Shown: positions 1 to 9,600 of the stretch, in pieces
Numbering within the stretch: the first letter of the stretch is position 1
How the letters are laid out: every line of letters starts with the position of its first letter
NCBI GenBank assembly: GCA_036518435.1
Contig: DATDNF010000034.1
Coordinates: 12,446 to 76,445, forward strand
Origin: Geobacteraceae bacterium
GTDB taxonomy: Bacteria; Desulfobacterota; Desulfuromonadia; Geobacterales; Geobacteraceae
Length of the DNA stretch: 64,000 nt
Direction: 5' to 3'
Made by a program: the position numbers and the translations under genes
Notes under the pieces: generated by a model
What the model saw: only the letters and a program-made list of their open reading frames with translations
What the model was told of the DNA's origin: nothing
Database searches by the model: none

Positions 1-2
1 GG

Positions 3-143
3 GCCGGAGCCAACGCCCTGGGGACCGACCCCACCATCCTGTTCGATTCTAAGAACGGGGTGGTGCTCCAGGCGACCGTCGAAGTCGGCACCATCCCCGA
101 CGCCGCGACGCTCTCCGGCTACTTCGTCTACGTGATCGAGTAA
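3..143 (+). CDS. Phage protein, C-terminal fragment (gene begins upstream of the window)
   Basis: Open frame from the window edge to TAA at 141-143, with GC3-rich codon usage (…GTDPTILFDSKNGVVLQATVEVGTIPDAATLSGYFVYVIE*). Confidence 0.35.
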   Translation, partial: AGANALGTDPTILFDSKNGVVLQATVEVGTIPDAATLSGYFVYVIE

Positions 144-200
144 ACAAAGGCAGTTATGAAGGATGAAGGATGAAAGAAACCAAAAAGAGGAGATCGACCC

Positions 201-578
201 ATGAAAAAGCTGATCGCAGCCGCCGTGCTGCTTCTTTTGCCCGTCCTGGCCTACTCCGCCAGCGTCACCGTCGTCCCCTCCCTCACCCAGCCCGCCCAGG
301 AGTGCCGGGCGCAGGGGGTCGTGAGCTACGCCTTCGGCACCAAGGGTGGCGCATCCGCCCAGGTGGACACGTCCAGCGCCGCCTATATCTGGTACAACAC
401 CATCGACAGCACGGGGGCCGCGGCGAACATCGACCTCTACTTCAACAACATCTCCACGGCTAATTCGCGGTGGACGGCCAACACCGGGAAAATCGTCGTG
501 AAGAACAGTACCACGTACACCTTACGCAACCTCTCCACCGCCAAGGCCAAGACGGTAAAAGTGCTCAAGTGCAACTGA
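201..578 (+). CDS. Phage-encoded secreted protein (N-terminal signal peptide), unknown function
   Basis: ATG preceded by an AGAGGAG ribosome-binding site. N-terminus MKKLIAAAVLLLLPVLAYSAS is a typical Sec signal. Confidence 0.55.
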   Translation: MKKLIAAAVLLLLPVLAYSASVTVVPSLTQPAQECRAQGVVSYAFGTKGGASAQVDTSSAAYIWYNTIDSTGAAANIDLYFNNISTANSRWTANTGKIVVKNSTTYTLRNLSTAKAKTVKVLKCN

Positions 579-627
579 CCTGACCAGGGGGCGGGCGACC
601 GCCCCCGCAACCGCACGGGGGTGAAGC

Positions 628-1182
628 GTGATAACCAGCAAGATCCAGATCATCAACATGGCGCTCGGCGGACTCGGCGAGATCCCGGTCGGCAGCACGA
701 CCGAGACCAAATTCTCCCGGCTGGCGGACGCCCTCTTCGACGCCGCCCTAGAAGAGGTGCTCCGCGCCCACCCGTGGAACTTCGCGGTAAAGCGGGCCGT
801 CCTCGCGCCGGGCGCCACTCTCCCCGTCTCCGGCTATGCCGCCTCCTTCCCGCTGCCGCCCGATTGCCTCCGCATCCTCGACGCGGGAGAGGACAGCTGG
901 CGGGTCGAGGGGCGGGCGATCCTTGCCGACGCCGCGGCAATCTCCCTGCGCTACGTCGCGCGGCCAACCGACTCGACCTTGTGGGACGCCTCCTTTGTGG
1001 CTGCGCTGGTCGCTAACCTCATGTGGAAACTCACCTACCCGGTCACCAAGTCGACGACCCTGCGCGACTCCAACTTCGCGGCCTACAGCCAGCTTCTGCA
1101 GCAGGCACGCAGCATTGATGCTCAAGAAGAACCGGCCGAAGAGTTAGAAGAGTCCAGCCTGATCGCTGTGAGGGGGCGCTAA
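628..1182 (+). CDS. Tail tubular protein A (T7 gp11-like)
   Basis: 184 aa with a GTG start. N-terminus NMALGGLGEIPVGS…W NF resembles the T7 gp11 pattern (ILASIGEPPVS…GWTF). Position immediately precedes a ~720-aa gene. Confidence 0.65.
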   Translation: MITSKIQIINMALGGLGEIPVGSTTETKFSRLADALFDAALEEVLRAHPWNFAVKRAVLAPGATLPVSGYAASFPLPPDCLRILDAGEDSWRVEGRAILADAAAISLRYVARPTDSTLWDASFVAALVANLMWKLTYPVTKSTTLRDSNFAAYSQLLQQARSIDAQEEPAEELEESSLIAVRGR

Positions 1183-1185
1183 CCC

Positions 1186-3357
1186 ATGGCAAAGATTCGC
1201 ACCCTGCAAAGTGCCCTCAACGCCGGAGAATTTGCCCCCCGCCTCAAGGGGCAAGTGGAAATACCGCGTTACGCGCACGGCCTGGAGATATGCCGCAACT
1301 TCATCCCCCTGGTGACAGGCGGGATCACGCGCACGCCTGGCCGCCGCTTTGTGGCGACAAAGGACGCCCACAGCCACAGCGGAGGTATGCTGGGAGGGAC
1401 ATGGATCAGGCAGATACCGTTTCTGTTCAGCGCGGCAGGGACGCTCACCGGCTACGTGGTGGAGCTGTACGGCGGACTGTGGGGAACGGGCAAGGCATAT
1501 TTCTACACCAACGGCCAGCAGGTCGCAAACGAGGACGGCACACCCTACAGCGTGGACATCCCCTATGCCGGTCCGGAAGTGCCCGAGGTCAACTACGAGC
1601 GTAATCAGAATATCCTCTACCTGTTTCACCCAAGCCATCCGCCTCAACGACTCACGCGCACGGACGATACCCACTGGACCCTTGAGGCGGTCCCATTCAA
1701 GGCGTATCCCATGCTGCGGCCTCCGAATACGGACGACATCACCATCGCCCCTTCCGCTAAGACTGGCGACATCGCCCTGGTCGCCAGCGCAGCTTTTTTT
1801 CAGGCAGGCCACGTGGGAGTAAAATTCCGGGTGAACGGCGGCGTGGTCCAGGTAACCGCTGTTGCCGATGCCACCCATGCCAGCGCCACGGTCACCACCG
1901 ACATCGTGCCGGGCGCCACGGTCAGCACCCGCACCGACACGATCACCATCTCCCAAAACGCGGTCGTGGCGTTCGACCCGTTCGACATCACCACCGTGGC
2001 GAACTTCACCGACAAGACCCTGATCACCACCCTGCCGGCCATCCCTGATGCGTTATCCGTCACGGTACACAGTAGCTCCGCCATCCTGACTGGCACCGAC
2101 CCGGACAAGGACTGGCTGGAACAAGCCTGGTCAGACCTGCGCGGCTGGCCCCGATCAATCACCTTCTTCGAGCAGCGCATGATTGCTGCCTTCACCACCA
2201 CCTGGCCCACCACCATCTGGGGGTCAAAGAACATCGAAAAGAGCGAGCTGGACTTCACTGCCGGCACGCTGGACAGCGACGCTTTTAGTCTCAACCCGAC
2301 CCAGGCCGACAGCGGCGTATATCATATGGCCGCGGCAGACCAGGTATTCGCGTTTACCGCGACAAAAGAGCTGATCCTCGCCGGGTCGAACGACGCTCCG
2401 CTCACCCCCACAAATATCCAGATCAAGGCGCGCACTCCGCACGGGTCATCGCCGACCATGCGGCCGATCCAGGTCGGTAACGAGATGTTCTTCGCCTCCC
2501 TGGCCGGCAACCGCTTCCGCGCCTTCCAGTACCAGTTCACCACCAACGGCTACACCGCCCCCGAATTCGCCATTCTGGCCGAGCACCTGATGACGGCAGG
2601 CGGCGGGATCGTCCGGGCGATCTATGTGGCGGAGCCGTGGGAGACCTTCTTCCTCGTCACCGCCAACGGCCACCTGCTCACCTTCACCTACGACGCCACC
2701 CAACAGGTGTACGCCTGGGCGCGCCACGAGGAGGACGGGACCGAGCAGGTGCGGGACGTATGCGTGGTGCCCGACTCCTCCGGACAGCCTCAGGTATGGC
2801 TCGCGGTAGAGCGGGGCAACGAGATCCACACAGAATTCCTCGATCCCGCGCTGAACAGCAATGCGGCTTTCATCGGCTACGACGGCGCCGGAAAGGCGGA
2901 ATGGACTGACATCCCGGCCCATCTGTGTGATCGGCCGGTGGACTGCGTGGCAGATGGCTACGTGGTGCAGGGGCTCACGGTAACGGGCAGAACGCTCACC
3001 TTGCCTTTCCCGGCCCGGAATGTGGAGATCGGCATCCACTACCAGTCAAGGGCAAGGGACCTCCCTCCTGGCATCATCGGCGGCTCGGTCGTCCTCGGGG
3101 CGCAACTCTCCGTCAACCGGATACGCGTCTGGCTGCACGAGAGCAAGGGGTGCACCATCAACGGCGAACAGGTGCCGTTCCGGCAGTTCGGCGCCGGGTT
3201 GCTCGACCAGCCGGTGGCGGCGTTCACCGGCATGCAGAGTGTGGGGAACATGGGGTGGGGGGACGATGGTGCGGCCGGACAGGTGGAGATCGTTCAGGAC
3301 CTGCCGCTCCCCTGCACGGTGCTGGCGGTAGTCAAGGAGGTGTCGATCAATGATTAG
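1186..3357 (+). CDS. Tail tubular protein B (T7 gp12-like)
   Basis: 723 aa, immediately downstream of the gp11-like gene. Size and synteny only. Confidence 0.55.
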   Translation: MAKIRTLQSALNAGEFAPRLKGQVEIPRYAHGLEICRNFIPLVTGGITRTPGRRFVATKDAHSHSGGMLGGTWIRQIPFLFSAAGTLTGYVVELYGGLWGTGKAYFYTNGQQVANEDGTPYSVDIPYAGPEVPEVNYERNQNILYLFHPSHPPQRLTRTDDTHWTLEAVPFKAYPMLRPPNTDDITIAPSAKTGDIALVASAAFFQAGHVGVKFRVNGGVVQVTAVADATHASATVTTDIVPGATVSTRTDTITISQNAVVAFDPFDITTVANFTDKTLITTLPAIPDALSVTVHSSSAILTGTDPDKDWLEQAWSDLRGWPRSITFFEQRMIAAFTTTWPTTIWGSKNIEKSELDFTAGTLDSDAFSLNPTQADSGVYHMAAADQVFAFTATKELILAGSNDAPLTPTNIQIKARTPHGSSPTMRPIQVGNEMFFASLAGNRFRAFQYQFTTNGYTAPEFAILAEHLMTAGGGIVRAIYVAEPWETFFLVTANGHLLTFTYDATQQVYAWARHEEDGTEQVRDVCVVPDSSGQPQVWLAVERGNEIHTEFLDPALNSNAAFIGYDGAGKAEWTDIPAHLCDRPVDCVADGYVVQGLTVTGRTLTLPFPARNVEIGIHYQSRARDLPPGIIGGSVVLGAQLSVNRIRVWLHESKGCTINGEQVPFRQFGAGLLDQPVAAFTGMQSVGNMGWGDDGAAGQVEIVQDLPLPCTVLAVVKEVSIND

Positions 3358-3808
3358 GCTCGCCCACAGGGGAGATATTCCGCGCATGATCACACTCGGG
3401 CGCGAGTTCTACGTGCAGACCACCCATGCCCGCCATATTCCGTTTAACGAGGTAAGCACCGGATTTCTCTTCGAGGCGATGCTCACTTCACCCGACTCGG
3501 CCGTGTTCGTGATCGAGCAGGACGGGCAAGTGGTGGGAGGCATCGGCGGCACGCTCAGCGCTGCCACCTATAATTTCGACTGTCGCGTAGTTATGGAAAA
3601 TTTCTGGTTCATCACGTCTAGCTGCCGGGGTAGCCTGGAGGCGGTGCGGCTGATCCGGACGCTGGAGAAGTGGTCCGCACATAATGGGGCGGCGCTGATT
3701 ATGCTGGGGGCCTTCGACCACCTGCGCAGTAGTGCCCTGGGAAAACTGTACACGAAGATGGGCTACGAGGCATCGGAACACGTGTTCGTAAAAGGAGTGT
3801 CTCAATGA
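3350..3808 (+). CDS. Possible GNAT-fold acetyltransferase in the internal-virion-protein (gp13-like) position
   Basis: 152 aa. …FVIEQDGQVVGGIGGTL…RGSLEAVRLIRTLEKWSAHNGAALIML… is consistent with GNAT beta4 and motif A. Overlaps neighbouring genes by 8 and 4 nt. Confidence 0.35.
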   Translation: MIRLAHRGDIPRMITLGREFYVQTTHARHIPFNEVSTGFLFEAMLTSPDSAVFVIEQDGQVVGGIGGTLSAATYNFDCRVVMENFWFITSSCRGSLEAVRLIRTLEKWSAHNGAALIMLGAFDHLRSSALGKLYTKMGYEASEHVFVKGVSQ

Positions 3809-4341
3809 TCGGAACCACGGCAGCCTTAATTGCCGGCGCCGTAGTGGCCGCCGGCTCCGCCGCCTACTCCGGCTACGTCCAGAACGACAACGCCATCGAC
3901 GCCAAGAAGAACGCCGACATTCAGGCGGCCCAGGTGCGCGACCAGGCGGCGAAACAGGCGGACCTGATCCGCCAGCGGGGGGACCGGGTGCGGGCGGCCC
4001 AGGCGGCATCCCTGGCCGGGAGCGGCGTGGACCTGAACAGCGGCACCTCCGGGGCGCTGTTCAACGAGACGAACCGCCTCACCGAGCAGGACGCCCTCGC
4101 CACCCTCACCACCGGGGAGCGGCAGGCCGACGCCCTGGAGCGCGGCGGCAACTTCGCCGCCGTGGCCGGGACGAGCGCGGCGGTCGGCCAGGGGCTCGGC
4201 TTCCTGGGGCAGGGTTTGCGGACCTATCAGGGGTACGTCGGCTCCGGCCAGAACAGCGCCTTCGCCAGCCAGATCACCATGGACGCCAACAGCATGTACA
4301 GCCGCACCGCACCCAAATACTCGCTCCTGAACGGGGGATAA
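3805..4341 (+). CDS. Internal virion protein (gp14-like), Gly/Ala-rich with N-terminal hydrophobic segment
   Basis: 178 aa. Translationally coupled (ATGA overlap). Composition and size fit T7 gp14. Confidence 0.45.
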   Translation: MIGTTAALIAGAVVAAGSAAYSGYVQNDNAIDAKKNADIQAAQVRDQAAKQADLIRQRGDRVRAAQAASLAGSGVDLNSGTSGALFNETNRLTEQDALATLTTGERQADALERGGNFAAVAGTSAAVGQGLGFLGQGLRTYQGYVGSGQNSAFASQITMDANSMYSRTAPKYSLLNGG

Positions 4342-4342
4342 C

Positions 4343-4558
4343 GTGACGATCTCACCGGAAGTCTGGGACATCATCAAGCTGGTGGGCGGGGCGTACATCG
4401 TCTACCTGTTCAACAAGGCGGACCGGTCCCAGACGTTGCAGACCAAGATCAACAGCGACCTGTACGAGAAGTACAACGCCCTGTCCGGCAGCTTTCATGA
4501 GCTGCTCGGCGAGCATAAGGCCCGCCGGGCGAACGACCGCAAGGAGCAGGACGCATGA
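4343..4558 (+). CDS. Small phage protein, unknown function
   Basis: 71 aa with a GTG start after a GGGGGA ribosome-binding site. Stop overlaps the next start (ATGA). Confidence 0.3.
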   Translation: MTISPEVWDIIKLVGGAYIVYLFNKADRSQTLQTKINSDLYEKYNALSGSFHELLGEHKARRANDRKEQDA

Positions 4559-6513
4559 GAATACCCGACGCGTTCTTTTCCGGCCTCGGCCAGCAGACCG
4601 CGCAGCCGGTGGCCGAGCCCCGCCCCGACTCCTCCGCCGACGTGGCCATCGGCCAGACCGGCGGAGGAGTCGGCCAGGCGCTCGCCGGGATCGGCGAGCA
4701 GCAGAACGAGATGCAGGGGCGGATCGACCTGCATCGGGCCGAACAGCAGGCGCACGAGCTGAAGCAGCAGGCGAAGCTCGCCGAGCACTCCGCCGCCAAG
4801 TCCGCCTACTTCAACATCGAGAACCAGTTCTCCAACCTCCACCAGCAGATCGTGGACGACCCGGAGGTGGCGCCCGAGGACTACCCGGCCGAGTTCCGCA
4901 AGCGCGCCGCCGACCTGGTGGCGCCCCTCAAGGACCAGCTGAACCCGACCCAGTGGTACACCATCGGCCCCGACGTGCAGAACCGGGTGAACCAGGGGGC
5001 GGAGCAGATGTTCAAGCAGGGGCAGCAGGAGATCAACGACGGCGCCTGGGCCGACGACCTCCAGGCGGCCGAGGCGCTGGTGAACAACCCGGCGCAGTCG
5101 GCGAAAGACAAGATCCAGATCCTGAGCGACCCGAACTTCTTCGCCGACACCGGCCAGCCGCTGCACGTAATCCAGGAGCAGAAGCAACGGCTAATCGACA
5201 AGGCGATCGACAACGAGGTGGTGACGGCGCTGAACAACACCAAGGGAAACGTCCCGGCGCTCCAGCAGTTCCGCGACTCGCTCCGCGCCCAGGGCGACGA
5301 CGGCCAGTACAGCTACATGCCGGACATGGAGATCAAGACCCGCGAGCGGTACGTGGACCTGGCGCAGTCCGCCATCCGGAGCGCCGAGGCGCAGGCCCGC
5401 CAGGCCGAGGCGGAGGCGCGACGAAACCGCCTGGAGAACGCCCGGGCCGCGTTCGACATCTACAAGGACGCCAAGGAGTCGCTCGCGCCCCTCTCCACCC
5501 AGCAGGAAAGCAATTGGCTCGCCGCCATGCAGGGAACTCCCTACTACGACCGGGCAAAGCAGATCCAGAAGCAGACGACCTCCATCGGCTTCATCCTGGA
5601 CAAGATCAAGCAGGACCCGCTCACCTTCGGCGCGGCCCAGATGGGGCTCCAGGTGCCGCCGCTCGACCCGAGGAACGTCGCCGAGTGGCCGCAGCAGCTG
5701 GCGCAGCGCGGCCAGGTGGCGGCGCAGATCCAGCAGAAGAACGGCCTCTCCTTCCTGCCGCTCCTCACCAACCAGGAGGCGAAGGGGATCGCCGACATGG
5801 CGGGGCAGCAGTCCCCCCAGGGGCTGGTGCGGATGTTCGACCAGCTCTCGACCCTCCCCGGCATGACCGCCGCGACCATGAACCAGATGGCCCGGCAGTT
5901 CGCCGCCACCGACCCGAACCTCGGGATGGTGGTCGGGCTCGCCGGGAACGGCCGGGACGCCGCCGCCCTCCAGGTGGCGAACGGGCAAAAGATCATGGCC
6001 GACAAGGGGGTGAAGTTCGACGCCACGGGGAAAACGCCCGGGGCGCTGGACGGCCGCGCGATGAACGAGCGGTTCCAAGGGCTCATGGGGGATGCCCTGG
6101 CGGACAACCCGCAGATGCGAACGACGCTCGGCAGCGCCGTCAATGCCGCCTACGTCTCCCTCGCCGCCCAGAACGGCAAGCTCGACACCGCCATGGACAA
6201 GGGGACGTTCGATGCGGCGTTCAAGTCCGTGGTGGGGGACACGGCCAAGATCAACGGCAAGCGGGTGGTGATCCCGTCCGGGATGGGGGAGGGGACCTTC
6301 AAGGACTTCTTCAGTAACCTGTCCGGCGACACGGTGAAACAGTACGGCGGGGTGCAGGGGTACCAGACCCCGGACGCCGCCGCCGACGCGATCAGGAGCA
6401 AGGGTCAGCTCTGGGAGATGGGGGAGGGGCGCTACCGGGTGACCATCGGCGGCCGTTACCTCCAGACGCCGAAGGGGCAGGACTTCACCTTGTCGCTCGG
6501 GAGCCACTGGTGA
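4555..6513 (+). CDS. Internal virion protein (gp15-like), Ala/Gln-rich
   Basis: 652 aa, coupled to its neighbours. Size and position match T7 gp15. Confidence 0.5.
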   Translation: MRIPDAFFSGLGQQTAQPVAEPRPDSSADVAIGQTGGGVGQALAGIGEQQNEMQGRIDLHRAEQQAHELKQQAKLAEHSAAKSAYFNIENQFSNLHQQIVDDPEVAPEDYPAEFRKRAADLVAPLKDQLNPTQWYTIGPDVQNRVNQGAEQMFKQGQQEINDGAWADDLQAAEALVNNPAQSAKDKIQILSDPNFFADTGQPLHVIQEQKQRLIDKAIDNEVVTALNNTKGNVPALQQFRDSLRAQGDDGQYSYMPDMEIKTRERYVDLAQSAIRSAEAQARQAEAEARRNRLENARAAFDIYKDAKESLAPLSTQQESNWLAAMQGTPYYDRAKQIQKQTTSIGFILDKIKQDPLTFGAAQMGLQVPPLDPRNVAEWPQQLAQRGQVAAQIQQKNGLSFLPLLTNQEAKGIADMAGQQSPQGLVRMFDQLSTLPGMTAATMNQMARQFAATDPNLGMVVGLAGNGRDAAALQVANGQKIMADKGVKFDATGKTPGALDGRAMNERFQGLMGDALADNPQMRTTLGSAVNAAYVSLAAQNGKLDTAMDKGTFDAAFKSVVGDTAKINGKRVVIPSGMGEGTFKDFFSNLSGDTVKQYGGVQGYQTPDAAADAIRSKGQLWEMGEGRYRVTIGGRYLQTPKGQDFTLSLGSHW

Positions 6514-6611
6514 GAAAGTGCCCGGAATGCGATAGCCGGATGATCCCGGTGTTCGGCTGCTACTACGTCTGTCCGGTCTGTGGTCATACTCACACGGAGA
6601 AATCGAAGTAA
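6510..6611 (+). CDS. Possible 33-aa zinc-ribbon peptide (CPEC…CPVC) wedged between the internal virion protein genes
   Basis: GTG overlaps the upstream stop (GTGA). Its TAA overlaps the next ATG (TAATG). Two CxxC pairs. Confidence 0.25.
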   Translation: MRKCPECDSRMIPVFGCYYVCPVCGHTHTEKSK

Positions 6612-9600
6612 TGGATTTCAATCTCTACGACAATCCGAACCCGCCCGGCGCGGGACCGTTCTCCGCCCCCGACACCGGCATCATGAAGGCGGCGGGGGAG
6701 GGGATCATCCGCGGCGGCGTCAAGGCGGCCAAGTACGGCGCCATGGTCGGGTCGGTGTTCTTCCCCTCCGAGACCGTCCCGCGCGACCAGGACCCGGACC
6801 GGATCGTCCCCCGCAAGGAGGACTTCTTCCGCTTCATCGACAACCGCCTCGACCCGACCGAGAAGTATTGGTCTCCCGATCCCTCCACCCTCTCCACGGC
6901 CGGCCGGATCGTTTCCGGCCTTTCCGAACTGCCGCTCCAGGTGGTGGGGGGCGCGCCGGGAATGGCCGGGATCGCCACCGCCAACACCGGGATCGAGCAG
7001 CTCGACCAGGGAGTGGACCAGCAGACCGCCTCCACGGTTTCGGCGGTCATGGGCGCCGGCATGGGCGCGTTGTCCGCGATCCCTGAGGGGGGGACGCTCC
7101 TCAAGAAGCTCCTCATCGGCGCCACCTCCATGCCCGCCGCGAATGCCGCCACCGACCTGGCCGCACAAAAGATGCTCCAGTCCCAGGGGTACACGGAGCA
7201 GGCGAAGCAGTTCGACCCGTGGGACCCGACCAGCCGCACCGTCGACACCGCCCTCGGGATGATCTTCGGGGGACTCGCCCACTACGGCAAAGTCAAAGAG
7301 CGGATGCCGACCGATGCGCGGGACGCCATTGATACGGTGGAGACGAAACGCCAGGCGGACCGCCTGAACCCATTCCCATCAGGATCGCCCAAGGCGGACG
7401 CGCACCCGCAGGCACTGGACGCCGCCATTCAGGCGGTGAACGAAGGGCGCCCGGTGGACGTGGCGGACGGCGTGCTCGCCCCGCAGAACCTCCCCGAGAC
7501 CACCGCGGCCTACACCGCCGACCGCTTCCGGAGCGAAGTGAAGGACGTCTTCGGCCTCTCCGACGAGCACGCCGACGCGGCCCTGGCGCTCGTGGCGGCG
7601 CGGGCCAAGGCGCAGGGCGAAGACCTGGACAGCTACATCGGCCAGCGGATCGCCGGGGTAGAGCAGGGGACCGACTCCGCCTATTCGCGTCTCTACCAGA
7701 CGGCGGAGAAGACCGACACGCCTCAGTTCAAGGCGTGGTTCGGCGGCAGCAAGATCGTAGATACAGACGGCCAGCCGCAAATGGTTTACCACGGCACGAA
7801 CGCCAACTTCACGCAGTTCGCCCCGGGCGAGCGGGGCATGTTCTTCTCCGCCAGCAAGGACGTGGCGAGCAACTACACCGAATACAAGCGCTCGCCGCAG
7901 AGCAGCCACGACGGCGTGGTGATGCCGGTCTATCTCGCCATGAAAGACCCGGTGACGCTGCAGTTCGGCACCGGCCATTCCATTGCCGCCGCGGTGGCCG
8001 AGGCGAAGGCCAACGGCAATGACGGCGTGATCATTAAGGGCTACCCCGACACCTACCGGGGCAACGATTCCATAGCGGATATGTACATCGTGTTCGACCC
8101 CAAGCAGGTCAAGTCGGCGATGGGCAACCGGGGTACCTACGACCCGGCGGACGCCAACATCTTACACCAGGGGCGCCCCATTGTGCAGCCGTTCTACTCC
8201 AAGGTACTGACCGAGGTGGAGAACCTCAAGCAGGAAAAGTGGAACGGCGACCAGCTCCTCGCCACCCTGCGCAAAACCCCCGGCGTCAAGGGGGACGAGA
8301 TCGCGTGGACCGGCCTGGACGACTTCCTGGCCGGGAAACAGAGCGTGACGCGCCAGGAGGTGCGGGACTTCCTGGACCAGAACCAGGTGCGGGTGCAGGA
8401 GGTGGTGAAGCAGGACAACTACACCGATGCTGAATATAACCGCATGATGGAGTTAACGCACAAAGTACAGCGAACCCCGTCAGAACAAGCAGAATTTGAG
8501 CAATGGGCTGACCGCATAAAGAGAGAAAAACCCAAATATGGCTTGTATGTGCTCCCCGGTGGCGAGAACTACCGCGAGATGCTCCTTACCCTCCCCGACA
8601 AGGGGTTCGGTGACAACTACTACAACCGCCACTTCGAGGAGCCCAACGTCCTGGCCCACGTCCGGTTCAACGAGCGGACCGGGGCGGACGGTGCGAAGAT
8701 CCTCCATGTGGAGGAAATGCAGAGCGACTGGCACCAGGAGGGAAAGGCCAAGGGGTACGGCCCGAACATCCCGGAGTCGCCCTTTGCCAAGACCTGGCCG
8801 GAGCTGGCAATGAAGCGGATGCTCCGCTACGCAGCGGAGCACGGCTTCGACCGGCTCACCTGGACGACCGGCGAGCAGCAGGCGGCGCGCTACGACATCA
8901 GCAAACAGGTCGATGCGGTCCGGTACCGGCCGATAGACGAAAATTCGTACAGGGTCAACCTGTACAAGGATGGCCGCGACGTGGCAACCCACCAGATCGC
9001 CGCCAAGGACTTGCCCGACGCAGTGGGAAAGGAACTGGCCGAGAAGATCAAAGCCGGCACCGGCAAGAGCGTGGATGTCCGCCAGATGGAGTACAAGGAG
9101 CTTTCCGGCGTAGACCTGAAGATAGGCGGCAAGGGGATGAAGGATTTTTACGACCGGATACTCCCGACCATCGCCAAGGACCTCGGCAAGAAGTTCGGCG
9201 CACGGGTGGAAGACACGCAGGCGGACGGCCACACGGTCCACTCCGTTGAGATCACCTCGGCCATGAAAGACGCCCTCCTCTACGAGGGCCAGCCCCTCTT
9301 CCAGGGGGAGAAGGGCGCCGTCTCCTTCCTGGCGGACGGCCGCGCCGTGATCCATGCCCTGGAGTCGCCCGACTTCTCGACCCTCGTCCACGAGCTCGGC
9401 CACGTGTTCCGCCGCGACCTGTCGCAGACGGAGCAGCGCACGTTCGACCAGTGGCTCCATTCCCAGGTGCCGGGCGCCAAGTGGGGTGCGGCACAGGAGG
9501 AGACCTTCGCTCGGGCGTTCGAGCGCTACCTGGCCGAGGGGAGGGCCCCGACCGAGGAGCTGCAAGGGGTGTTCGACAAGTTCAAGAACTGGCTCACGGA

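Noticed and set aside
4497-6621. Long ORFs antisense to or overlapping the gp15-like gene (4497-6317 +, 5191-6621 -), rich in R/P/G/A. Comparable shadow ORFs lie opposite many genes, e.g. 10663-13227 -, 14226-15845 -, 24024-25604 +, 26774-28117 -, 31010-32455 -, 32934-34424 -, 36720-38009 -, 59522-61141 +, 61374-63125 +.
   Set aside because: Low-complexity Arg/Pro/Gly-rich translations are typical of alternative frames in high-GC DNA. Each lies opposite or over a gene with clear homology and a proper ribosome-binding site.
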